A DNA stretch of 64,000 bases from Verrucomicrobiales bacterium (GTDB lineage: Bacteria; Verrucomicrobiota; Verrucomicrobiia; Limisphaerales; UBA9464), in assembly GCA_027490985.1 (NCBI GenBank), contig JAIXXC010000093.1, positions 4,293 to 68,292 of the forward strand, in the 5' to 3' direction. Made by a program: the position numbers and the translations under genes. Of this stretch, positions 1 to 9,243 are shown one piece after another (position 1 is the stretch's first letter; every line of letters begins with the position of its first letter). Under the pieces are notes generated by a model. It was not told the origin of the DNA. It worked only from the letters and a program-made list of their open reading frames with translations, and did no database searches.

Positions 1-269
1 TCTTCGGCGCGGGTGATCTTGGAGGTGGCGTGGCGCTCCAGGCACAGCAGAGCATCGTCGCGACTCATGCCCCGACCGTCGTCGGTCACGCGGATGAGAC
101 TGCGTCCGCCGGTGCCGATCTCGACGGTGATGCGCGTGGCTCCCGCATCCAGGGAGTTCTCCACCAGCTCTTTCACCACGCTGGCGGGACGCTCCACCAC
201 TTCGCCCGCGGCGATCTGGTTCGCCACCTGTTCCGGGAGCAGCCGAATCCGATTCACGCGGCCCAGCAT
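1..269 (-). CDS. mutL: DNA mismatch repair protein MutL, N-terminal part (gene continues beyond window start)
   Basis: Reverse-complement translation from the ATG at complement 267-269 reads [68 protein letters not shown]. This is the canonical MutL GHKL ATPase N-terminus. It is not in the ORF track because it is truncated by the window edge. Confidence 0.85.
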   Translation of the reverse strand, partial: MLGRVNRIRLLPEQVANQIAAGEVVERPASVVKELVENSLDAGATRITVEIGTGGRSLIRVTDDGRGMSRDDALLCLERHATSKITRAE

Positions 270-355
270 GGACAGTCCGGGGCCGAGGGTGGAGTCCAGA
301 AAGCGGGAGAATGCGCCCGGCTTGACCCGCGCCGGCGTGTCCCCTTGCATCGGGC

Positions 356-1255
356 ATGCGTGCGAGGCTCAAGCCGTGGTGGGTGGGGTTGTTTCTGGGA
401 GTTGCGTTCCGGGGTCTGATGGCCGCGGAGGGGTTGCCCAAGGCGGAGGCGCTGTTGCGGTTGGACCGGCCACTGGTGATCGCACACCGCGGTTATTCGT
501 CGGGTGCGCCAGAGAACACACTGCCGGCGTTCCGATGGGCGATGGAGGCCGAGGCCGACCTGGTGGAGTTGGACTACTACCATTCCAAGGACCAGGTGCT
601 GACGGTGGTCCACGATGGCACACTGGACCGCACGACCGATGCGGTGCGTCGGTGGGGGACCGGCACCAATCGGGTGTCGCAGACGCCGTTCGCCAAGATG
701 CGCGAACTGGATGCCGCGTCCTGGAAGGGCTCCAACCAGCCTCCGGCGACGATCCCGTCGTTGGCCGAGGCGTTGGACCTCATCCAGTCGCGATCGGTGA
801 CGCTCATCGAGCGCAAGGCCGGCCCGGCCGAGGCCTGCGTGCGGCTGATCCGGGAGCGCCGGGAGGTGAACCAGGTGGTGGTGCAGTCCTTCGATTGGCA
901 ATACCTCGAGGAGTACCACCGGTCGGAGCCGTCGCAGGTCCTCGGAGCGCTGGGGCCGTGGAAGTCGTATCGGGGCACGCCGCTCACCGAGGCCGATCAG
1001 GTGCTGTCGGTGCGCTGGATCGAGGAAGCGCGTCGCATCGGCGCGCGGGTGGTGGTCTGGAATCAGAAGGTGGAAGCCTCTGCGGTGACGGCGGCTCATC
1101 AACGTGGGCTGAAAGTGTGGGTCTACACGATCGACGATCCGGCCGACATGAACCGGTTGCTCGATCTGGGGATCGACGGATTGATCACCAACAATCCCGG
1201 ACGGGCCTGGCGGGTGATGGCCGAGCGTTCGGGGAAATCCGCCAGTCCACGTTAG
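356..1255 (+). CDS. secreted glycerophosphodiester phosphodiesterase (GDPD family)
   Basis: 299-aa ORF with an N-terminal hydrophobic signal-like segment. It carries the GDPD signature [20 protein letters not shown]...[28 protein letters not shown]. It is divergent from mutL. Confidence 0.85.
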   Translation: MRARLKPWWVGLFLGVAFRGLMAAEGLPKAEALLRLDRPLVIAHRGYSSGAPENTLPAFRWAMEAEADLVELDYYHSKDQVLTVVHDGTLDRTTDAVRRWGTGTNRVSQTPFAKMRELDAASWKGSNQPPATIPSLAEALDLIQSRSVTLIERKAGPAEACVRLIRERREVNQVVVQSFDWQYLEEYHRSEPSQVLGALGPWKSYRGTPLTEADQVLSVRWIEEARRIGARVVVWNQKVEASAVTAAHQRGLKVWVYTIDDPADMNRLLDLGIDGLITNNPGRAWRVMAERSGKSASPR

Positions 1256-1349
1256 CACCGGTCTTGGAACCGGGGTGAGGGTGCCATGGGGTCGACGGGG
1301 TCTTGCCGGCACTGGACATCCGCCGGCCGCATCGACAGGGTCCGTCTCC

Positions 1350-1697
1350 ATGTTCGCTTCGATTCTTGCACCGGGGGAGAAGATCCACGTGATCCACCGG
1401 CGTCATTTCGACCATGAGCCCCATCGCCATTTCGTGGGAGTGGTGAACGACTACCGCGAGGGCGTGCTGCGCATGACGGGCAACGTCTATGCGGTGGATC
1501 CGACGACCTATCAATTCATCCGACGTCCCGAGCAGCGGGTGCGCGTGGTCTCGGTGGTCAGTGGCGAGGTGATCGTGAACGTCATTCCCCCCTCGGTGGA
1601 TCTATCGAAGATCACGTACCGTCAGGAGGGCACCGCCGTCCGCGTGAGCGACGGGAGCGATTGGCACTTGGACATCAGCGAAGTGGGTTGGCGCTGA
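1350..1697 (+). CDS. hypothetical protein (about 115 aa)
   Basis: Internal ATG (MFASILAPGEK...) of ORF 1275..1697. Amino-acid composition is balanced compared with the overlapping ORFs. No recognisable domain. Confidence 0.4.
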   Translation: MFASILAPGEKIHVIHRRHFDHEPHRHFVGVVNDYREGVLRMTGNVYAVDPTTYQFIRRPEQRVRVVSVVSGEVIVNVIPPSVDLSKITYRQEGTAVRVSDGSDWHLDISEVGWR

Positions 1698-1706
1698 GGG
1701 CTCCGC

Positions 1707-1732
1707 GGGATGGGTCCTGCGTTCGCAGGGAA
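1707..1732. repeat. copy 1 of a 26-nt hairpin-containing intergenic repeat (GGGATGGGTCCTGCGTTCGCAGGGAA)
   Basis: Matches 1840..1865 at 25/26 positions. The core CCTGC-GTTC-GCAGG can fold as a stem-loop. It lies in the convergent intergenic region between the 1350..1697 (+) and 1919..3229 (-) genes. Confidence 0.6.
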
Positions 1733-1839
1733 CGTGGGGACAGGACGGGCTTTCGCGCTGAGCGCGCGAGGGGGATCCAAGTGTCGACATTCCAGTGCTC
1801 ACTTCGGCCCCATCCCGCTCCGCCTGTTGTATGGTGCAG

Positions 1840-1865
1840 GGGATGGATCCTGCGTTCGCAGGGAA
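1840..1865. repeat. copy 2 of the 26-nt hairpin-containing intergenic repeat (GGGATGGATCCTGCGTTCGCAGGGAA)
   Basis: Direct repeat of 1707..1732 with one mismatch, offset by 133 nt. Confidence 0.6.
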
Positions 1866-1918
1866 GACTGGAAGACGTTCAACGCGTTCGATCGACCAAC
1901 GGCGTCGGCAGGGTCGGG

Positions 1919-3229
1919 CTACGTGTCAGCGGTGCTCGCCGTCAGTACGAGGACCTTGTCGACGCGGTGGCCATCCATATCCAGCACCTCGAAGACATAG
2001 TCTTGTTCCACGAAGCTTTCACCTTCATGCGGGACGTGTCCGAAATGCTTCAACACATAGCCGGCGAGCGTCTGATACTCGGCACCAGTACCATCCCGGA
2101 TTTTGAAGCCCGGCAGGTTTCGTTCCAAGTCCTCGATCTCGATCATGGCGTCGATGAGCCATGAACCGTCATCGCGTTTCTTGGCCGAGGGTTTTGCCCG
2201 CTGCTCCGGTGTCGGGAATTCACCCACCACGGCCTCCATCACATCGTTCAGGGTCACCAATCCGACGATGTGACCGAACTCGTCGGTGACGAGCGCGATG
2301 TGTTTGCCCGTTTGTTTGAAGGTTTCAACCAGTTGAAGGACATTCTGGCTCTCAGGCACGACCAGCGGCGCGGTCACCAGATTCTTGAGCACCACGGTCA
2401 CTCCTGCGGCGAGGTTGGCGTAGATCGCCTTCACCGAGACGAAGCCGGCGACCTGGTCCCGGTTGCCCGCATACACCGGGAAGTACGAATGGTTGCAGAC
2501 CACGATCTTGTGCCAGAGTTGTTCGTGGGGATCATCTTGGTTGAGCCAGATGATCTTGCCTCGCGGCGTCATGATTTCGTGGACGGGCAACTGGTCGAGT
2601 TCCAGCGCACTGTGAACGATGTGGCTCTCCACCTTGTTTAAGGCCCCGGCCCGGAATCCCTCCTGCATCAGGGCTCGCACTTCCTCCTCCGAGGCGGTCA
2701 TCTCCTCCTTCGGTTTGAAGCCGAAGCAGCGCAGCAACCCTTCGGTGGAGACGCCCAGGAATGTGACCAGTGGTCCGGCGAGGTTGGATAGCCAGTTCAT
2801 CGGCTGTGCGACCCACATGGCGACGCCCTCGGGGTTGCTCAGGCCGAGGCGCTTCGGGACTAGTTCGCCCAGGATGAGGGAGAAGTAGGTGATGACGGTG
2901 ACGATGACGGCGAACGCGATCTGGTCCGCGTAAGGTGCCACGAAGTCGGCCCGCGCGATCCAGGGGGCCAGTTTGGCCGTGATGGTCGCACCGCCGAAGG
3001 CACCCGCGAAAATGCCCACCAAGGTGATGCCGATTTGTACCGTCGCGAGAAAGCGGCTCGGCGATTCGGCCAACTCCAGCGCCAGCTTCGCCCTGACATT
3101 GCCTTGTTCTGCGAGCCGGCGCAGCCGGGTTTTCTTGGCGGAGACCACGGCGATCTCCGCCATCGCAAACACTCCGTTGGCGATCAGCAGCAGCAGAACG
3201 ACCAGCACTTCGAATGCGATTTGAGCCAT
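1919..3229 (-). CDS. hemolysin-family / CNNM-type transporter (DUF21 - CBS pair - CorC_HlyC)
   Basis: 436-aa ORF. The N-terminal membrane region is typical of DUF21 (MAQIAFEVLVVLLLLIANGVFAMAEIAVVSAKKTRLRRLAEQGNVRA). CBS-like and CorC/HlyC C-terminal regions follow. Confidence 0.85.
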   Translation of the reverse strand: MAQIAFEVLVVLLLLIANGVFAMAEIAVVSAKKTRLRRLAEQGNVRAKLALELAESPSRFLATVQIGITLVGIFAGAFGGATITAKLAPWIARADFVAPYADQIAFAVIVTVITYFSLILGELVPKRLGLSNPEGVAMWVAQPMNWLSNLAGPLVTFLGVSTEGLLRCFGFKPKEEMTASEEEVRALMQEGFRAGALNKVESHIVHSALELDQLPVHEIMTPRGKIIWLNQDDPHEQLWHKIVVCNHSYFPVYAGNRDQVAGFVSVKAIYANLAAGVTVVLKNLVTAPLVVPESQNVLQLVETFKQTGKHIALVTDEFGHIVGLVTLNDVMEAVVGEFPTPEQRAKPSAKKRDDGSWLIDAMIEIEDLERNLPGFKIRDGTGAEYQTLAGYVLKHFGHVPHEGESFVEQDYVFEVLDMDGHRVDKVLVLTASTADT

Positions 3230-3567
3230 CGTTGGAAGACTAGCGGTGGACCACGGGCAGGAAAGCCCAGCAGTCGGCTTCCGGGTCGATGGTTCAAGGG
3301 TGGAATCGCCCCGGAATCCGGATGACGACAGAGCCGGATACGGTCCGAAGACAGCCCGCTACGGGCAACGGGTCGCCCTGACGGTTCGGGCGAAATCCGT
3401 CGGTGCCATTTCGCAACCCATGGACCCGTGGGGTGATCGACGGGTTCACCTGAGGCGACTGGGTCGAAGCCCTACGGCATACCGGGTGACCACACCGGTC
3501 GCCGCTCCTCCAATTGACCTCCACGTTCGCAAGGGGGAGCATCATCCAAGCAGTTGTTGATGCCACG

Positions 3568-3936
3568 ATGAACCTGTTTTTGGCCTGTCTGAGCGGATCG
3601 TTCGTTGCTGCATGCGCTTGGACTTTCTTCCTGTTGCTGAGCGATCGGCCAGAATGCGGGTGGCGAGGGATGATCGGAGCTTGGGTTGCCACCTTGGTTT
3701 TGGCTGCCTTATGGCAAGCCGAGGCAACGCCCTGGATCTTGGTTTTCTTGAAGGGAGTGCTCCTGGTGTGGCTGGGTGCCTTTGCCCTGGTCATCAGCGC
3801 CGCTGTTTCGGTTTTGCGCGTCAATCAGGCTAGCCGTCTACCCCATCTTTGCTGTGCGGTGACAAGCATTGTCGTCAACATGATTGCAGGATTGCGATTT
3901 GTTTGGCTGGCCGTTGTGGATCCCGGAGGTGTTTGA
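3568..3936 (+). CDS. hypothetical small integral membrane protein
   Basis: Internal ATG (MNLFLACLSGSF...) of ORF 3514..3936. It has about 4 hydrophobic segments. GC looks visibly lower than the surroundings. No recognisable family. Confidence 0.4.
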   Translation: MNLFLACLSGSFVAACAWTFFLLLSDRPECGWRGMIGAWVATLVLAALWQAEATPWILVFLKGVLLVWLGAFALVISAAVSVLRVNQASRLPHLCCAVTSIVVNMIAGLRFVWLAVVDPGGV

Positions 3937-4233
3937 GCCCGACAGGAGGAACAAGCGGAAACAAGGTGATCAAGAGGAGTCGCCGTCTCGGTCCCCGATC
4001 AACGGTGGGCGGTGATTCCGGTGCGCCCCAGGTGCTTCGAGGTCCCGCCAACATCGGTCACCGAAGTGTTCAAGGGTCGAGCGTTGAGGGTCTGCCGCCC
4101 GGAGGTTTCAAGTCGGATCGAGATTGCTGTCGGACAGCTCAAACGCGTTCTTGCGGTGCGTTTGCCCGCCCAGTGGGGTGTCGATGACTCGCCGCCGACA
4201 CCCGGGTTGCGTGCAAGACCGGATCACCCGGGC

Positions 4234-7200
4234 TCACGGCCGGCGGGGTGGGACATCGGCCAGCATCGGGGCCGCATCCTTGCGGAAACCGAACCCGAGC
4301 GAGGCTTGGATGGGGTATCCGCAGATGCACGAGGCGCTGGCCTCCGGGATCAGGACGCCGCCTTCCGCCGGAAGGATGTTCAGCCAGCAACCCGGGCGTG
4401 TCGGCGACAGCCGGGTGAAGGAGCCATCCTCGAAGCGGAAGAAGGTCGGGTTGTCCGCGCGGAAGAGCAGGCCGTCATCCGAACCGGTCATCCCGCCACA
4501 GGCGTGGCCCGGTCGTTTCAGGATCCAGTCTCCCTCGGCACCCTTCGGAATCCATCGGGTTCCCGTGGCGAGGTCGAACAGGTCGCTCTCGAAGGACACC
4601 CGCTGTCCGAGCACGACCGGACGTTTGACCTGCTGCCCATGGAACAGGTCGTGGACCGGATTGAGCCCGGAGCTCTTCCAACGCTCGGTGCCGTCGGCCG
4701 TTTCCCAGCAACGCAGGTGATAGGCCGCCTGCGGTCCGGAGCTCCGCGCGCAGGACAGGATCAGTCGGTCACCCGCCACGGAAAGCCCCAGGATGTCCTC
4801 GGCCTCGGGCCAGTTCAGCGGACGTTCCCAGACTCGCTTTCCGGAAGCCGCATCGATGCAGACGACGACGGCGTGCTCCAGGATCGCGGCACAGGTCAAC
4901 CGACCCGTGCGGTCCGCCCGGGCCTTCGGGCCCCGTGCCTCCACCGCATAGACTCGGCCCGCCGCGGCGCACAGGGTGGCATTCACCCAGGCGCCTTCGG
5001 TGGGCATCCCCCATCGGAGGGTGTCCCCGGCCTCATCGATCGCGAACAGCGTCCGCGAACAGACCAGCGGTCGGCCCGATCGGTATTCCAGGTCGACCAG
5101 ATCGTATTCCTTGCGGGTGCGGGCGGCCGAGGGGCGCATCGTGCTGCCGAAGGTCCGAGCGCCGTCCCGGGCCACCCAACCCCAATGGTCGTCGGCGTGG
5201 ATCCGGCCTGGCGCGGGCCGTCGATGGGCGACCCTGCCGTGCCGGGTGTCGACTTCCCACAGCTCCGTGTTCACCGCGACCCAGGCACGCGATCCGGACT
5301 CGTCGAGCACTCCGTATCCGGCGTCGTAGGGCATCGCATACCGCATCGACTCCGGAAGATCCAACTGCCAGCGGACCGTTCCGTTGCGGGCATCGGTTCC
5401 GATGAGTCCGTTCTCGGCGATCGTGACGATCAAGCCCCCGGAAACCAACGGGGCATGCCCACGCGTGTGCCGGTCGGGTATCCGCTCCGGGCCATGGCCT
5501 CCGAACCATTGGAGGCGGGGGAATCCCCGGAGTGACTGTGAAGTGGCGCAGGTGTTGCCGGCATCCCCGTACTGGTGGGTCCACCGTCCGGTACCCGCCA
5601 CGGCCTCACCGGGCCTGATCCGCCCCTGCAGGACCACCACGCCGGAGGGCGCCGGGCAGGCGATCCGATGGGCCTCGGATTCGGAAAGCGTGGAACCCAC
5701 GACGAGGTTGAACAGGTGATCGGCCACCGGGACGGGATCCGGCCCGTCAACCCCCACGACAGCGGCGAAGGTTCCCAGCCATCCTCGCCCGTGGAGATGG
5801 CGACGAGCGGCGTCCACCTCGGCCGTGGGGACGGCGATCACCCATTGCAGTTCCGATCCGGCCATCAGCGCAGGGAGGACATCGTCGGTGCCGACAGGAC
5901 CGGCGGGTTGGTAAAGTCCCCAACCGCGTGGCGCAGGGAGTCGGCCCAGGGCAGTGCGCACGACGTCAGTCAAAGGCGCTGCGGGCCTCGTCGGGGCCAT
6001 GAGCGGCGGCGCGAGCGACGGAGCGGGGGGCGACGATGGCCCGGCATCCCGGGGAATGAAGGTGGTGATCCGGCCTCGGGTGGTCGACACTGCGAGGGTG
6101 CGGTCGTCGGCGGCCAGGGCGAAGACGGGGCCGTCGACCGTCAGGGGCGGACCGGGTTCGCCGTTGTCGGTGCGGAGGATTTGGACCGTGTTGCTGACGC
6201 CCAGGAACACATGGGAACCGGCAACGATGAGCGGACCCCCACCGGATATCGCTCGTTTCCACCGGGTGGCCTGAACCAGGTCCCCCTTGTTGGTGCGGAG
6301 TCGTTCCCGGTCCACGGCGAGGATCTCGCGCTCATTGACCAGATAACTCGTGGTTGGCGTCACCGCGAGGTTGCGACCGGGATAGGAGACGATCCTGCTG
6401 GTCCGACCGGTGCTTGTCGGCGCGGTGGCGGTCGATCCCGATGCGATCGCACCCGTGGCACCGGGGCCGGTGAACGTCTCGCCGTCCGAAACGACCGCCA
6501 ATGTTCCGGTGCCCGTACCCAACTCGCGCCGGAAGTCTCCGTTCTTCCGGGAGTACACCCGTGGGCTGGCTCGTCCATTGGGAATGATCAGGTCGGCCCC
6601 CGCATCCACGAGATAACCCTGCGGTGAAACATTCCCCAGCAACCGACGCCAGCGGAGAGCGCCGTCGGTGACATCGAGAGCCACCAGATAGGTGCCCTCC
6701 AAAGGAAACAGGCCGGCGGTGGCATAGACCGTGCCCTCCGCCACCAGCAACCCGGATCGGATCGGATGGGGGCTGATCAGACGTCCATTGCCGCTGATCC
6801 AAGGCTGCTCGGGACCGATGCGCACCGCCCACAGTGGAAGCCCATCGGAAAGCCGGAGCGCGCGGATCCATCCGTCGTCGGCGCCGACGACGACCCGATC
6901 CCCTGCGACCGTCGGCGCGTATCGGACGGGTCCGCCGCAGAAGTGGTTCCAGCGGGTCGCACCGGTCCTTCGGTCGACGCATCGCACCTCGTCGCGGGTG
7001 GTGCCGAAGACAATCACATCACCCGCGAGGATCGGGATGGGAGCGAGGTCGTCGGCGGCGCGCGGAACGAAGGGTTGATCGATCTTCTGCCAGAGGCTTC
7101 CGCGTGCCTCGGTCGCCCAAGCCGGGGCCGGGGTTCCGGAATCGATGGACCATGCCGCGACCAGTGCCTCGGTCGGAGGCCCCACCTCCACCGAGGCGGT

Positions 7201-7386
7201 TCGACCGCCATTGCCTCGGGCTGTCGAACCGCCTGCTTGCGGTGATACCGAAACAAGCAGTCCCGACAGAGCCAGGATCCGAGCGATGCGTCCGAGTATC
7301 CGATGACGTGGAGTTTGCGGTGTCACGGCAGGATCCTGAATGCAAGGCAGCTGTTTGAGGCGGTGGACGAACGCGCCGCTCGGCAA
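4234..7386 (-). CDS. large PQQ-like (BamB/YVTN-type) beta-propeller repeat protein
   Basis: 1050-aa ORF with an N-terminal hydrophobic anchor. WG/DG-containing blade motifs recur (e.g. GTVYATAGL, RWRRLL, GRVYAVEA, GKRVWERPL, DGTERWK). Its start lies 9 nt downstream of the phoD stop on the same strand. Confidence 0.75.
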   Translation of the reverse strand: MPSGAFVHRLKQLPCIQDPAVTPQTPRHRILGRIARILALSGLLVSVSPQAGGSTARGNGGRTASVEVGPPTEALVAAWSIDSGTPAPAWATEARGSLWQKIDQPFVPRAADDLAPIPILAGDVIVFGTTRDEVRCVDRRTGATRWNHFCGGPVRYAPTVAGDRVVVGADDGWIRALRLSDGLPLWAVRIGPEQPWISGNGRLISPHPIRSGLLVAEGTVYATAGLFPLEGTYLVALDVTDGALRWRRLLGNVSPQGYLVDAGADLIIPNGRASPRVYSRKNGDFRRELGTGTGTLAVVSDGETFTGPGATGAIASGSTATAPTSTGRTSRIVSYPGRNLAVTPTTSYLVNEREILAVDRERLRTNKGDLVQATRWKRAISGGGPLIVAGSHVFLGVSNTVQILRTDNGEPGPPLTVDGPVFALAADDRTLAVSTTRGRITTFIPRDAGPSSPPAPSLAPPLMAPTRPAAPLTDVVRTALGRLPAPRGWGLYQPAGPVGTDDVLPALMAGSELQWVIAVPTAEVDAARRHLHGRGWLGTFAAVVGVDGPDPVPVADHLFNLVVGSTLSESEAHRIACPAPSGVVVLQGRIRPGEAVAGTGRWTHQYGDAGNTCATSQSLRGFPRLQWFGGHGPERIPDRHTRGHAPLVSGGLIVTIAENGLIGTDARNGTVRWQLDLPESMRYAMPYDAGYGVLDESGSRAWVAVNTELWEVDTRHGRVAHRRPAPGRIHADDHWGWVARDGARTFGSTMRPSAARTRKEYDLVDLEYRSGRPLVCSRTLFAIDEAGDTLRWGMPTEGAWVNATLCAAAGRVYAVEARGPKARADRTGRLTCAAILEHAVVVCIDAASGKRVWERPLNWPEAEDILGLSVAGDRLILSCARSSGPQAAYHLRCWETADGTERWKSSGLNPVHDLFHGQQVKRPVVLGQRVSFESDLFDLATGTRWIPKGAEGDWILKRPGHACGGMTGSDDGLLFRADNPTFFRFEDGSFTRLSPTRPGCWLNILPAEGGVLIPEASASCICGYPIQASLGFGFRKDAAPMLADVPPRRP

Positions 7387-7395
7387 TCCTGGTCT

Positions 7396-9003
7396 TCAGA
7401 CCGGTTGGGCGCCGGGCTTGCCCGATTCGACGAGGAAGGACTTCCGGACGGTGGTGCGGCCGCCGGGTTTGAGGATGTCTTCCACCGCCACGTAGTCGCT
7501 GCGCCAGGATTGCGGCGTGACCGTGCAGCGCACATAGCCGCGCTCGCGGTTGAAGAAGCGCACACAGGGATTCATCGCCTGGAGTTTTGCCGTCGCTTCG
7601 GGGTTGTCCTTGCCGTTGCCGCCGCTGGTGATGCTGCTGCCGACAAATTCGGTGGCGATGATCGGGGTCTCGGGCTTGCGGTCGTCGACGCGGAGGTCGT
7701 TGACCCAGTTGGAGTGGATGTCGCCGGTGAGGACGACGGGGTTGGGGATGCGCCGGTCGGCCCAGAATCGGGCGAGGGCCATGCGCTCGTGGGCGGCCCC
7801 GGGCCACTGGTCCATGGAGTAGATGGGCTCGGGATCCTTGGCGGTGCCCGGAAAGGCGACCAATCCCATCATGACCTGCTGGGCGAGCACGTTCCAGTGG
7901 GCCTGCGAGGCGATGAGGCTGCGGTCCATCCAGTTGCGCTGTTCGGCTCCGAGCAGGGAGTTGCGCGGGTCGAGGGCGGCGGCGTTGAGGGGCTTGTTGT
8001 GGTCGCCGTTGGGTTGGTCGGTCCGGTACTGGCGGGTGTCGAGCACGAGGAACTCGGCGAGCCTTCCGAAGCTGGCCTTGCGGTAGAGTTGGAGGTGGGG
8101 CCCTTGTGGTAGGCAAGAGGCCCGCAGCGGCATGGCTTCGTAGTAGGCCTGGTAGGCGGCGGCCCGTTGGATGAGGAAGTCGGCCGGGTTGACGGTGGAG
8201 ACCTCGGAAATGCCGGCGGCGTAGTTGTTGTCGAACTCGTGATCATCCCAGGTGACGAACCAGGGGCAACGCCGATGCATTTCCTGCAGGTGCCGGTCGG
8301 AGCGATACAGGGCATGGCGCCCGCGGTAGTCCTCGAGGGTGAGGATGCGGGTCTTGGCGGGCCCGGTGTGGCGGCGGACCTTGTTGGCCTTGGCGGGGCC
8401 TTCGTAGATGTAGTCACCGAGGTGGAAGACCAAGTCGGGGTCGTCTTGGGCCATGCGCTCGTAGGCCGTGTAGTGGCCGTCCTCAAAGTGCTGGCAGGAA
8501 GCGAAGGCGAAGCGCAGTTCGCGGGGCATCGACTCCGGCTCGGGCAGGGTCCGGGTGCGGCCGATGGGGCTGGTGGCCGCGCCTGCGTGGAACCGGAACC
8601 AGTAGAATCGGCCCGGCTTCAGGCCCGAGACTTCGACATGCACCGAATGGCCGAGCTGCGGCAGGGCGAGGGTGGTGCCGCGCTGCACGATGCGCGACAT
8701 GGACTCGGTCTCCGAGAGTTCCCAGCGCACGGGGATGCGCTCCGTGGTCAGTCCGTAGCCCGGTTCCAACGGCTTGGGGCAGAGGCGAGTCCAGAGCACG
8801 ACGCCGTGGGCATCCGGATCGCCGGAGGCGACGCCCAGCTGGAAGGGGTCGGCCACGAATGAGATCCGGGAGTCGGTGGTTCCCACGGAGCGTGCGGCGA
8901 GCGCTGGCAACGCGGCAAGGGCCGCACCGTAGGCGACGAAGAGGCGACGGCTGAGTCCGCCTTCGTGACGGACGGCCTGGGGGAGACGTTCGAGCAGGGA
9001 CAT
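7396..9003 (-). CDS. phoD: alkaline phosphatase D family protein (PhoD) with twin-arginine signal
   Basis: 535-aa ORF with a Tat-like leader (GLSRRLFVAYGAALAALPALAARS). It carries PhoD metallophosphatase motifs: FAFASCQHFEDGHY, VFHLGDYIYE, WDDHEFDNNY and VVLTGDIHSNW. Confidence 0.9.
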   Translation of the reverse strand: MSLLERLPQAVRHEGGLSRRLFVAYGAALAALPALAARSVGTTDSRISFVADPFQLGVASGDPDAHGVVLWTRLCPKPLEPGYGLTTERIPVRWELSETESMSRIVQRGTTLALPQLGHSVHVEVSGLKPGRFYWFRFHAGAATSPIGRTRTLPEPESMPRELRFAFASCQHFEDGHYTAYERMAQDDPDLVFHLGDYIYEGPAKANKVRRHTGPAKTRILTLEDYRGRHALYRSDRHLQEMHRRCPWFVTWDDHEFDNNYAAGISEVSTVNPADFLIQRAAAYQAYYEAMPLRASCLPQGPHLQLYRKASFGRLAEFLVLDTRQYRTDQPNGDHNKPLNAAALDPRNSLLGAEQRNWMDRSLIASQAHWNVLAQQVMMGLVAFPGTAKDPEPIYSMDQWPGAAHERMALARFWADRRIPNPVVLTGDIHSNWVNDLRVDDRKPETPIIATEFVGSSITSGGNGKDNPEATAKLQAMNPCVRFFNRERGYVRCTVTPQSWRSDYVAVEDILKPGGRTTVRKSFLVESGKPGAQPV

Positions 9004-9243
9004 GGCTATGCCTCCATTCGAGACCGCATGAGAGGAGGGTCAAGGTCGTTCTGGGGTCGTCACCGGAATGTCGCCGGCGATCCGCTCTCGCGTTCCGGTG
9101 GGCTCTGCCCAATGGGGCTCCATGGATTCCACGACTGTATTGGAATCCTGCCTGATTTTCGGGGACTCGTGGCGGTCGACAGTATCGGCTTCGGCGTCCG
9201 AACGATCGTCAGCAGGGGCTGGATTTCCGTCGGGTGAACCCGA

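Noticed and set aside
13-1278. 421-aa plus-strand ORF, the 254..1351 minus-strand ORF, and off-frame ORFs such as 4012..5535, 5575..6627, 7019..8116, 7303..8112 and 9040..10194
   Set aside because: They overlap well-supported genes (mutL, GDPD, PQQ propeller, PhoD, AKR) in other frames or on the other strand. They have Arg/Pro/Gly-rich composition and no recognisable domains.
1350-1697. PilZ domain in the small hypothetical protein (RRPEQR resembles RxxxR)
   Set aside because: The second half of the PilZ signature, (D/N)xSxxG, is not present at the right spacing. VVSVVSG and VSDGSDW do not fit.
3230-3567. Known riboswitch (cobalamin, Mg, Mn or NiCo) in the long leader next to the CNNM/CorC-type transporter
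   Set aside because: I could not find a B12 box or any other signature I recognise on either strand. It is kept only as a low-interest item to scan with Rfam.
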